In this document: positions 48,747-57,950 of the stretch, in pieces
Position numbering within the stretch: position 1 is the first letter of the stretch
How the letters are laid out: every line of letters begins with the position of its first letter
Assembly (NCBI GenBank): GCA_958295495.1
Contig: OY282352.1
Location: 3,581,485-3,645,484, forward strand
Reading direction: 5' to 3'
Source: an uncultured Latescibacterota bacterium
GTDB lineage: Bacteria > Latescibacterota > UBA2968 > UBA8231
Length of the DNA: 64,000 bases
Made by a program: the position numbers and the translations under genes
Notes under the pieces: model-generated
What the model saw: the letters and a program-made list of their open reading frames with translations, nothing else
Database searches by the model: none
What the model was told of the DNA's origin: nothing

Positions 48747-51700
48747 TCACAAGCGCGTACTGACGATCCAATCCCGGTGCGACTTGGCAAATTGGAAGGC
48801 TTCTCGCGAAGCCCGTTTGTCCTCGTACAGGCCGATGACTTGGTCGTATACTTCGACGGCGTCTTTCCACTTGTTCAGTCCCTCCAGACACACGCCCAAG
48901 TTGCTGAGAGCTCCCAAGGCACTCTCAGTCTCGGGGTAGCGCTCCATCACCTCCTCGAAAACCTCTATCGCCTCCTCGAAATAGCGCTGATCTTTGGTCA
49001 CATCGGCCGAATCCATCAAGGCCACGCCCCGCTCGTAGAATTCGTAGGCCACCGACTCCTCCAACTCGGCGATCAAGCGGGGGACCTGCTCGGCCACCGG
49101 CGCGTCGGCGTAGCGCTCCCGCACCTTATTGTACGCGTCTATGGCCTCCTGATATGCCCGGCGGTTGTACGCGTAATCGCCCAGCGTAAACTGTGCCGAG
49201 GCGGCAAATTCGCTCTCGGGATAGCGGCGCAGCAATTCGGCCATGGCCTCCATGGCCTCTTCATCGCGCTTTAACTCGATGAGGCACCAGGCTTTGTTGT
49301 ACTGGGAGTTGTCCGCCGCTGTCTCGGCGGGGAACTCGGCGAGGATGCGGTCGTACAGATCGAGCGCTGGGGCGAACTCCCCGAGCTGATAATAACTTTC
49401 GGCCGCGCCAAAGAGCATATCCGGCAATTCGCTCGCCCGCGGGTAATCGCTCAACAGCCCGAGAAACTCGCGCTGGGCGTCCTCGAATTCGCGCATGCTG
49501 TAGTGCGTGTTGGCCAAGTAGAAGCGCACCAGTAGGTCCTGACTCAGCTCGAGGCCAGCTTGGCGCAGGGCACCAAAGACCTCCTTGGCCCGGTTGAGCT
49601 GGTCCCGGTCGAAGTAGTGGATGCCCAGCGCCAAGCGCATATCCGTGGCGAATTCCGATTCGGGATACTGGTCTAAGGCTCGGCCAAATACCTCGACCGC
49701 TTCATCCCCCCGCCCCAAACGCGACAGGGCATCCCCCAAAACAAAGTACGTACGCTCCCTGAGTAGGATGGTCTGACCGGGGGCCAATTCGTCGGCAAAG
49801 GACAAACGGAGTACTCGCCGGGCAAAGCGGACGGTCTGCCCGTAGTCATCGCGCTCGTAGTGCAGATCCATCATGCGGCCCAAAATTTCGGCCTGCTCCT
49901 CCAAGCTCTTGGCATTAGTCACCATATCTTCAAGGACCTGTATGGCCTCGCCGCCCCGGTCCTGCTTCAGGTAGGACAGGGACAGAGCGTTTTCCGCCGA
50001 GCGCACTTTCTCTGGGTCTTCGACATGGTCAATGATCCATCTGAAGTCCTCCTCGGCTAGGGCGTAGTTTTCCATGACAAAGGCCGCATTCCCCCGGCTG
50101 AAGCGCAACGCTTCTTCCAGCCTGCTGCCGCCCTCGACATGCTCGAGGGCCTGCGAAAAGTGGTCGATGGACCGCTGGTACGCCCCCTCTCCGTTATGCG
50201 CCTGTCCTATCAAATAGTGGAAACTAGCGCACTGGTCAGCGTCGGCCCGCTCCAGACCCGCTATTAGGACTGGAATGGCCTCGGTTAACTGGCCTTGGGT
50301 CACTAGGGTGTGGCCGCTGCCCAGCCGCGCTCGGGCAAAATGGGGCGACTCTGGGGCGACGGCCAAAAAAGCCTGGATAGCTCCATCTGGATCGCCCAAA
50401 GTTTGGCGAGCCAAGGCCAAGCGCATATAGGCGTCGTCGGCGTAATTGCTTTCCGGGAAGCGGTCCAACAATTGTCGCGCCCGCTGTGCCGACGCCTCGT
50501 ATTCGCCGCGCCCGTAGTGCAGTTCGCCCAATTGCACCAAGGCGCGCTGCACATAGCCCCAGTTGCGCCCTTCCCCGACAATGACTTCAAAAGTGCTCTG
50601 GGCCCGGTCGAGAGCCTCTTGTCCGCCCTGCGACTGGTGCGCCAGGGCGCGGTTGAAACGAGCGTCCAAGCCATAGGGCGAGCCTTCATCGCTCAGCACG
50701 GTATCGTATTGGGCGATGGCCCGCTCGAGCAAGTCGTTGGCACCGGCCCGGTCGTCCTCGCCCAGCCGCGCCTGGGCCATCTGCTGGTACGCGCTGCCGA
50801 TGCGATAGCGCACCCGTTCGAGCGAAAAACCCGCGGCGGCGGCAATATCGCCATAGCCCCGGAGATAGATGCGGTATTCTCGGATCGCCTGCTCATATTG
50901 GCCGTGGGCGAAGAGGCGCTCGGCCAAGGCATATTGAATGCGAGCCCTCAGAGTGCGATCGGCCGATTGGTCAATGGCCTCGCGGTACGTCTGCAGGGAC
51001 GTCGCCAAATCGCCCTGCTCTTGGTAGAGATCGGCCATGCGCAAATAGGCCTCTTCGACTAGCCGGCGCTCCGTGCTAAAGAGGACGATCACCCGCCGAT
51101 AGGCTGCCACCCCCTCGTCGTACCGCCCCAGCTTGGTGAAACAATTACCCACGCGAATCTCGGCCTTGGCCGCCAGCTCCAGCGCGGTTTCGTCGACCAG
51201 ACCGGCCAGTTTCTCCCGCCGCATCTGATTGAGTTGCTCTTCGGTGAGTTTCTCGATGCGCTGGCGTTTGACTAGGCGGCGGTAGTGTTCAATGGCCTGT
51301 AAGTACTCGCCTTGTTCCTGATAGGATTCACCTATTTGAAAGAGGCTGCGGTCGGCTTGGTAACCCGTGGGATAGAGTTCGAGCAACTCTTTGAAGGCGG
51401 CAATCGCCCGGGTGTAATTCTGCACTTCGTAAAAGGCCCAGCCTCGGTTATAATAGCCGCCCACGGCTCGCGGATCGCCCGGATAGGCCGCGATCATGGC
51501 GTCGGCGGCCTCAATCACCTCGAAGTAGCGCCCGGCTTCAAAGTACAGATCGACCAGCCGACCAAAGGCCTGGACGCGCAACACCTCGTTGGCGGCCATT
51601 TCGCTGATCTGGCGAAAGGCCCTCACCGAGCGGGCAAAAGCGCTGTCGGCCTGCGCCTGAAAGCCCTCTCGGCGCTCCCGATCGCGCGCCTCCCCGGCAA

Positions 51701-52043
51701 AGCGGGAAAAATCGGTGAAGAGCTTGCTGTACGCATTGCCAATCTGGTAATTGGCGGCTTCCAGCACGGGAAAACTCTCCGATCCCACGCTCACCGAGAT
51801 CTTCTGTGTATCGAGCAAGCGGCTGCGCACCTGCAGGATTTCCTCATAGCGGACAATGGCCTGATCATACGCGCCTTCGGCGTAAAATGCCTGGGCGTCG
51901 CGGAAGGAAGCCACCAAATCGTCCCGGTTCGGGGTGCGCCCGGCAAACTGCGTCCCGAGGACCGTGACCAGAGCCAAGACAAGGACGAGATTCATGTGCC
52001 GACGCCTCCTGTGGAAAAGTAAAAGCTCATCACTCGTATTCAA
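48747..52043 (-). CDS. Large periplasmic tetratricopeptide-repeat protein (BamD/CpoB-like repeats)
   Basis: Many TPR units with YP.S..A spacers over about 1050 aa; N-terminal hydrophobic segment; alternative start at 51995. Confidence 0.88.
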   Translation of the reverse strand: MNTSDELLLFHRRRRHMNLVLVLALVTVLGTQFAGRTPNRDDLVASFRDAQAFYAEGAYDQAIVRYEEILQVRSRLLDTQKISVSVGSESFPVLEAANYQIGNAYSKLFTDFSRFAGEARDRERREGFQAQADSAFARSVRAFRQISEMAANEVLRVQAFGRLVDLYFEAGRYFEVIEAADAMIAAYPGDPRAVGGYYNRGWAFYEVQNYTRAIAAFKELLELYPTGYQADRSLFQIGESYQEQGEYLQAIEHYRRLVKRQRIEKLTEEQLNQMRREKLAGLVDETALELAAKAEIRVGNCFTKLGRYDEGVAAYRRVIVLFSTERRLVEEAYLRMADLYQEQGDLATSLQTYREAIDQSADRTLRARIQYALAERLFAHGQYEQAIREYRIYLRGYGDIAAAAGFSLERVRYRIGSAYQQMAQARLGEDDRAGANDLLERAIAQYDTVLSDEGSPYGLDARFNRALAHQSQGGQEALDRAQSTFEVIVGEGRNWGYVQRALVQLGELHYGRGEYEASAQRARQLLDRFPESNYADDAYMRLALARQTLGDPDGAIQAFLAVAPESPHFARARLGSGHTLVTQGQLTEAIPVLIAGLERADADQCASFHYLIGQAHNGEGAYQRSIDHFSQALEHVEGGSRLEEALRFSRGNAAFVMENYALAEEDFRWIIDHVEDPEKVRSAENALSLSYLKQDRGGEAIQVLEDMVTNAKSLEEQAEILGRMMDLHYERDDYGQTVRFARRVLRLSFADELAPGQTILLRERTYFVLGDALSRLGRGDEAVEVFGRALDQYPESEFATDMRLALGIHYFDRDQLNRAKEVFGALRQAGLELSQDLLVRFYLANTHYSMREFEDAQREFLGLLSDYPRASELPDMLFGAAESYYQLGEFAPALDLYDRILAEFPAETAADNSQYNKAWCLIELKRDEEAMEAMAELLRRYPESEFAASAQFTLGDYAYNRRAYQEAIDAYNKVRERYADAPVAEQVPRLIAELEESVAYEFYERGVALMDSADVTKDQRYFEEAIEVFEEVMERYPETESALGALSNLGVCLEGLNKWKDAVEVYDQVIGLYEDKRASREAFQFAKSHRDWIVSTRL

Positions 52044-55000
52044 ATCCCAGAATCACATTTATATAGGCGGCGATAAATTCCACATTGGCCTCGCCAGCCA
52101 CATCCAGATCGTCGAACTCCTTGACGCGGCGGCGGAGACCCATATTGGTCGAGATCAGATAGCCGAAGTACTTTGAATCGTTGGTCAGCATAAACACAAT
52201 ATCGCTCTGTTCGAAGTCCCGGCGCACGTCGGCCAGATCGTTCACGCTGTAGGGGAGCAGCGACCCCAGTCCTTGGACGCCGAGTTGGAAGCGGGTTCGG
52301 CTGGTCAGGCGGTACTCCAGCTTGGTCAGCGGGATCAGATTGCGCTCGTGCAGGGTGGGCAACTTTAGGCTGCGTCGCCACTCCTTGAGGTAGCGGAATT
52401 TGAAACCGGCGAAAAGGGTCAACTGATCGGCCAGCGGCCAAGTGTAGTCGATCTTATGCACCATGGCCCAGCGGCTCAGACGGTCGCTCTCCTGAAAGGT
52501 GCCGTCGAAGAGTTCGCCCTCGCGCTGGGCATTGATCTCGTACTTGACTTTATTGCGCATATTGAGCCGGGGGATCGCATTCCAACGGGCATCGGTGAAA
52601 AAGCGCAAATATCTGCTGTCCTTGAAAAGCAGTGGATCATCGCGCTCCTCTTCGATAAAGGGGGCGAGTTGGATATTGCGCTGGAAGCCCGGGAAATCGA
52701 GTTCGAATAGTTCGGCCGTGGTCAGCACCCGGTCGCTGTACACACTCAGCGGATCCTCCACCCCGTCCTCCACTTCCTCCAGCGAGGCAACGGCAAAAAA
52801 CTGGCCCACCGCCGGTACTTTGCGCCAGTAGGTCAAGCGGGTGTAGAGTACGTTGCTGGGGGCCCCGCCGGCATTCTGTTCGGCATCCATCAAGCCTACT
52901 GACCAAGTCAGACCAAGCGCTGGGTTGAACTGGCCGTACACGTGCAGCCCGCGCAAGTCGGGATCGTACGGATAATCCGGGTCGGTGTCGTTCTCGCGCG
53001 CGTCGAGGAAGTCGTTGTGGTTCATGTCGAGGTCGTAGTCGTAGACTTGGGCGTCGACATCGTACATGAGGAAGGGCTCGACGTCGTCCGGCGTGCCGTT
53101 GATGTTCTTGTTCTGGTCTGGATAGCCGTCGTTGTCCTCGTCCAGGCCCGGGAAAATGCCGTCGATGTCAGACTGGCCCAAGAAGAACATGCCCGGACTA
53201 GCGTGGTTGGTGTACCAGCTATCGGGGAAGCGATCGTTGTCGTCGTTGTCCTCGACCAACCGGTGGATGAGGGCGTCGTTCTGGGTGATCAGACTCCCCG
53301 TACAGCAACCTTCGTCGCGGCCGATAAAAGAGCGCAGCTCAGTATTGTAGTGCGGCCCCATGGAAAAGTATTCGCCGCCGAAGCCCCATAGCGGAAAGTC
53401 GCGCTTCACCGTGACGTAGAAGGCGTTGTCGCTGATGGTGCCGCGCTTGCCGGGACGCGCCTCGCGGTCGAGGGCGTTGATGCTGAGCGCGTCCCCGGGC
53501 ACCCGCACCCCGGGAGGACCGCTCACGTAGTGGGAATAGCTGTTGCTGCGGGCGAATTCAGCGTTGATCTCAAAATCCTTGAGCACACCGTACACATTGG
53601 CGCTGTACAGGCGCACCCCTGTGGGCGTGCCGGCCCTGACCCGCACCCGCTCGACCGGCCCCTGCGGCGATGGCGTACCGTCGGCCCGCGCCACCGTGCG
53701 GAAGAAGGAGGCATAACGGTACTTATCGCGGTAATTCGACTCGGGCTCGTTGGGCTGTATGCCCCCGATATCGATCTCCGACAGTTCGATGTGGTAATCG
53801 CCCGAGATGAACAGGTCGACGTCGACCGACTCGATCCACTCGCCAAAGGGCTCCAAATCGACGTAGAGAATGCCGTACTCCCGGCCGTCAAAGGCCTGCG
53901 GCAGATCGGCCCGGGTGTGCAGACCGAGAAACTGTCCGTCGGGGTTTTCCGCGCTGCGCTCGGCCGCTTCGTGGGCGAACTCCTCGTGTACGGTGATGGG
54001 ATCTTCGTCCTCGCGGTCGGCGTTGATCGCGTAATCCGGGCCGAACAACTTGAAGTCGCGGTAGTAGAGATGGCCGATCCAGAAGGGGAACTCATAGCCC
54101 CGGTAATAGACATTCGCGTCAAAGGCCGCGTAATTAATGTACGGGTCGTACGTGCTGGCGATGGCACCCCGGTTGATCGACTGGTAGTCGTTGCCGGTGC
54201 GGGGAAGGGGCTTGCGCTCGCCCGAACGGAGCAGATCTTGGGCGTAGGGCTGGCGTGCGGCCCCGCGCGTATCCAAGCGGACGATAAAGGGCTCGAGTTC
54301 CGGCTGTAACTCGCCGTTGACATATACGTCCACTCGGTGCAGCACCGCCCCGGTTACCCCTAGGCCGGGGGCGTCGTCGGCAATGCGGATGGCCAGCAGG
54401 GCCGGGGCGTTCTGGGCCGCCCCAGCTACCCCTTTGAAGGACAGGTCGTTGCTCGACATCAGCGGCTCGAATTGGTGGGCGTTGACAAAAGTACCGCCAA
54501 AGTGGAGAAAACCCACTTGGCGCTCGTAGTGCGCCCCGCCGATGAGAGCACCGGGGATGACTCCGCCGCCCGTGTGGCGGTTTCTCGAAATCAGGGCCGA
54601 GAAACTGTCCCGCTCGGTGCCCATGTCGAACCGCAAACCGTCGAGATTGGCCATCTTGAAGGTCAGGGGCGTAAACTTGGTGCGAATCTCATTGGCCCAG
54701 ATGACCTTGGCCTGCCAAGCGTCGGTGCCGTCCGTGCCCACGATGACATTGTTGAACAGCCGTTCAAAGGCGACCCCGGCCTGACCGTGGCCCCCCCGTT
54801 CGCCTATGGAGGAGAAGCCGCGCTGGGCGCCCAGTCCCCGGCGCTCCCGCCAGTTGACCGAGTTCGAGCCGTAGATGAGGAAATCTCCTAAATCGCTGTA
54901 ATAGGGCCGCAGCGTATTAGTAAAGGGCGGCAGCCGGGGGTATTCGGCAAAGCCGTAATTCTGGTAGAGCGTCTCGCCGTAGCGCCCCACAAAGCTCTGG

Positions 55001-55155
55001 TAGGGCATGAGCCGCTGCGGGCCCAAGGTGGGCTGCTCTGGAGTGTCTTCTGCCGACTGGGCCTTCAAACTCCCGGCCAGCAGCAGGGCCGCCCCCAGCC
55101 ACACCCAAGCGAGCCTGGCCAATTGGTCAATGCCGATGATCACTTGCCGTATCAT
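52030..55155 (-). CDS. Uncharacterised large exported protein, putative outer-membrane beta-barrel (paralog C)
   Basis: Signal peptide; IRTKFTPLT, GGEYF, VEDNDDNDRFPD, GIFPGLDEDNDG, PDYPYDPDLRGLH; amphipathic C-terminal strands. Confidence 0.65.
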   Translation of the reverse strand: MIRQVIIGIDQLARLAWVWLGAALLLAGSLKAQSAEDTPEQPTLGPQRLMPYQSFVGRYGETLYQNYGFAEYPRLPPFTNTLRPYYSDLGDFLIYGSNSVNWRERRGLGAQRGFSSIGERGGHGQAGVAFERLFNNVIVGTDGTDAWQAKVIWANEIRTKFTPLTFKMANLDGLRFDMGTERDSFSALISRNRHTGGGVIPGALIGGAHYERQVGFLHFGGTFVNAHQFEPLMSSNDLSFKGVAGAAQNAPALLAIRIADDAPGLGVTGAVLHRVDVYVNGELQPELEPFIVRLDTRGAARQPYAQDLLRSGERKPLPRTGNDYQSINRGAIASTYDPYINYAAFDANVYYRGYEFPFWIGHLYYRDFKLFGPDYAINADREDEDPITVHEEFAHEAAERSAENPDGQFLGLHTRADLPQAFDGREYGILYVDLEPFGEWIESVDVDLFISGDYHIELSEIDIGGIQPNEPESNYRDKYRYASFFRTVARADGTPSPQGPVERVRVRAGTPTGVRLYSANVYGVLKDFEINAEFARSNSYSHYVSGPPGVRVPGDALSINALDREARPGKRGTISDNAFYVTVKRDFPLWGFGGEYFSMGPHYNTELRSFIGRDEGCCTGSLITQNDALIHRLVEDNDDNDRFPDSWYTNHASPGMFFLGQSDIDGIFPGLDEDNDGYPDQNKNINGTPDDVEPFLMYDVDAQVYDYDLDMNHNDFLDARENDTDPDYPYDPDLRGLHVYGQFNPALGLTWSVGLMDAEQNAGGAPSNVLYTRLTYWRKVPAVGQFFAVASLEEVEDGVEDPLSVYSDRVLTTAELFELDFPGFQRNIQLAPFIEEERDDPLLFKDSRYLRFFTDARWNAIPRLNMRNKVKYEINAQREGELFDGTFQESDRLSRWAMVHKIDYTWPLADQLTLFAGFKFRYLKEWRRSLKLPTLHERNLIPLTKLEYRLTSRTRFQLGVQGLGSLLPYSVNDLADVRRDFEQSDIVFMLTNDSKYFGYLISTNMGLRRRVKEFDDLDVAGEANVEFIAAYINVILGFEYE

Positions 55156-55156
55156 A

Positions 55157-57949
55157 TCAAAACAGGGGACTCAGGCCGGCGATCATGCGCAGGAAAACGC
55201 GCGAAAAGTCGATATCTTGGTCGTAGCGCGACCGGTCCTTGAACTTGCGTGTGCTCCTCTGATAACCCGCTTCGACATTGATCTGGTAGCCTGTGTACGA
55301 GGATTTGTTGGTCACCAAGGCCACATAGTCCTCCCCGTCGAAATCCGCTCCCGGAGCCGCATTGTTGCGGTACAGGCTCTTGAGGAAGGGCAAACCCTGG
55401 GCGCCCACCTTCACGGCGGTGCGGTTCGAAATCGGGTACTCCATCCGCAAGATGGGATAGACGAAGTCCTCTTCAATCGGCAGTACTTGGCCCTCGTCGT
55501 TGAGGCGCTGGCGCAACCACTTGAACTGCAGCATCACCCGCGACTGCTTCCACGGCATCCACAGATAATCGGCCTTGAAGACCGTGGCCAGATCGGCGAT
55601 GCGGTTGTCCGGCTGGAGGGGCGTGCGGCGCTGGAAGTTATTTTCCGACTTCAGGCTCACCTCGACATTGAGATTGGGCACGCGGATAAAGCGGGTGCGC
55701 ATATAGAAGGTATTGACCCAACTATTGCGCATCAGCAGTGGATCGACCAGCAGCCGCGATGTGCCCAGCGGATGGCGCAATTCCTCCTCGGTGGGTAGGC
55801 GCAAGGGGATTATATCCGGGGTGAAGTATATGGGATCGCGCCCCAAGCCAAAGACTTCGTCCCCAATCTCGTCCTGCACTCTCTTGAGCCGCTCGACGGC
55901 GTAGAGCTCAACCAAGAAGGGCAGGCGGCGTTCGTACTCGTAGCGGCCGTAGTACACTTCGGCTTGGTCGCCTCCAAAGGGTGCCCAGGTCCGGTGGTAG
56001 CCCAGGGTCACTTTCATGTCCGAACGCGGCCGGTAGCTGCCAAAGCCGTGCAGCCCTCGTCGGTCCTGGTCGTACGGGTAATCGGGCTTCAAATCGTCTT
56101 CGCGATCGTCGATGACGCCGTTGTTATTGGTATCTTCGCCGTAGTCGTACGCGTCGGGATTGACCTCGTAGAGCAGGAAGGCTTCGTAGTAGTCTGGGAT
56201 GCGGTTGTTGTTCTCGTTGATATCGGGCCGGCCATTCAAATCGGCGTCGAGTCCAGGGAAGATGCCGTCGGGATCCTCGATGAAACGCCCGCCCTCCAGA
56301 CTGGTGGTTTTACGCAGGAAAAAGGTGTCGGGGAAGGGGTCTTTGTCGTCGTTGTCGTCCACTGTATCAAATTCGAGGGTGCGGGTGGCGTCGGCCCGGT
56401 TGGGGCCGAGGAAATCCGGCAGTCTGGGCTCTTGGAAATTGGTGGGGAACTGGAAGGGGCTGTTAATCAACTGGAAATAGGTCTGGTACGAGTCATCCTG
56501 CACGGACAGGCGGGTGGTGTACTCTGCGTCTATGTTAAAGGCTTCGCCGCCCCAACTGAAGTGCCCGAGATCTCGCCGCAGTACGGCGAACCAAGCCTGG
56601 CTCTGATCGAGCTGGTGCTGGCCCAAGGTGCCCAGCAGGGCCGGATAGGCGCGATACGAGAAATTGCGCACGTACTCAGTCCGCAGCGAGTACCCCTTGA
56701 CGTCTATATTGGCATGCACACTGGCTAGGGTGCGCCCGGTCTCCCGGCCGTAGCGCACTCGCACTCGGCGGAAATTGTCGAGGTTGTCGGGCTTGCCCCG
56801 CGCCTGCCCGGCGGTATAGAAATATGTCGCTGGGTTAAAAGAGGCCCCATCGAATATCTCCGACAATTCGAGCAGATAATCCCCGGCCACGTCGATCTCT
56901 ATATCGGCTTTGTTGACGATGAGGGTATCGAGCCCATGGACAAAGGAGGAAGGCACCTGGAACCAGAACAGTAGCGACCCCTCGCCCCGAGTTTCATAAA
57001 CTCCCTGCGGGGTCGGTTCAATGTGTGGGAAGTTGATGGCTAGGTCGTTGCTCGAATCGCGAAAAATAGGCGGAATGATGGTGCGGTCCGGGTGTTCGGT
57101 GACCGTGAGCCGCAAGGCGACCGCGTCGAGTTTGTTGTAGGGCCCGGGCATGTGCACCAAGCGGCGGCCGTTGAGCACGACAGCGGCCCTGCGGACCCGC
57201 ACACCGATGGCGTCGTTGGGGTCCTGGTCGGCCACGCGCAACACTAGCCACAGAGGGGGAGCCCCGGTGGTGGGCAGGGTCCCTTTGAAGCTGTTCTCGC
57301 CGAGAGTCTTAAAACTGTCGGTGCGGTACTGGTTGACCCAGCTCACGCCCAAGTCTAGGCCCGGCCGCTTGGTGCGCAGGTCGGTGCCCAGCAAATAGGT
57401 ACTCCACGACGGCCTGAACTGCGACCCCTCGCGGCCGTGGACCACGAAGTCGGCATTTCTGATGGCCTCGAAAATGGGTCGATCGACGCGTGATACAGCC
57501 AGCACCAGCGAGGCGTCCCTGAAGTTGCTGTCCACCCGGAGCCCGTTCATAGCCGCCAAGTCGAGGGTCAGCGGAGTGAATTTGGTGCGGATGCGATCGC
57601 CGACAATCAGGCGGGTATCCACGCCTTTGTACGAGTCGTTGGCAATGACCAAGCGATTGAGAAAATCACCGTACTGCCGCTCCTTGCCGATGATGCTTCC
57701 GGGCGTGGTCTGCAAGGAGCGGAATTCCTGCAGTTCAAAGACATTGACCCCGTTCATCACGAACTGCCCCATATTGTCGAACTGCGGTGTGCGATCGCGG
57801 CCGAATACCAGACTCTCATACGGCCGGTATCCCTCGTACGCATAGTTGCGGTACGGCTCGGTGTTGCGAATGATCAACTGGGCATCCACTGCCGCGCCGC
57901 ATGCGAGGGCCAAGGCCAGGAAGGATAGATGTCGGTTCGCGCCGCGCAT
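55157..57949 (-). CDS. Uncharacterised large exported protein, putative outer-membrane beta-barrel (paralog B)
   Basis: Signal peptide; IRTKFTPLT, GGEAF, VDDNDDKDPFPD, GIFPGLDADLNG, PDYPYDQDRRGLH; ends in F. Confidence 0.65.
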   Translation of the reverse strand: MRGANRHLSFLALALACGAAVDAQLIIRNTEPYRNYAYEGYRPYESLVFGRDRTPQFDNMGQFVMNGVNVFELQEFRSLQTTPGSIIGKERQYGDFLNRLVIANDSYKGVDTRLIVGDRIRTKFTPLTLDLAAMNGLRVDSNFRDASLVLAVSRVDRPIFEAIRNADFVVHGREGSQFRPSWSTYLLGTDLRTKRPGLDLGVSWVNQYRTDSFKTLGENSFKGTLPTTGAPPLWLVLRVADQDPNDAIGVRVRRAAVVLNGRRLVHMPGPYNKLDAVALRLTVTEHPDRTIIPPIFRDSSNDLAINFPHIEPTPQGVYETRGEGSLLFWFQVPSSFVHGLDTLIVNKADIEIDVAGDYLLELSEIFDGASFNPATYFYTAGQARGKPDNLDNFRRVRVRYGRETGRTLASVHANIDVKGYSLRTEYVRNFSYRAYPALLGTLGQHQLDQSQAWFAVLRRDLGHFSWGGEAFNIDAEYTTRLSVQDDSYQTYFQLINSPFQFPTNFQEPRLPDFLGPNRADATRTLEFDTVDDNDDKDPFPDTFFLRKTTSLEGGRFIEDPDGIFPGLDADLNGRPDINENNNRIPDYYEAFLLYEVNPDAYDYGEDTNNNGVIDDREDDLKPDYPYDQDRRGLHGFGSYRPRSDMKVTLGYHRTWAPFGGDQAEVYYGRYEYERRLPFLVELYAVERLKRVQDEIGDEVFGLGRDPIYFTPDIIPLRLPTEEELRHPLGTSRLLVDPLLMRNSWVNTFYMRTRFIRVPNLNVEVSLKSENNFQRRTPLQPDNRIADLATVFKADYLWMPWKQSRVMLQFKWLRQRLNDEGQVLPIEEDFVYPILRMEYPISNRTAVKVGAQGLPFLKSLYRNNAAPGADFDGEDYVALVTNKSSYTGYQINVEAGYQRSTRKFKDRSRYDQDIDFSRVFLRMIAGLSPLF

Positions 57950-57950
57950 A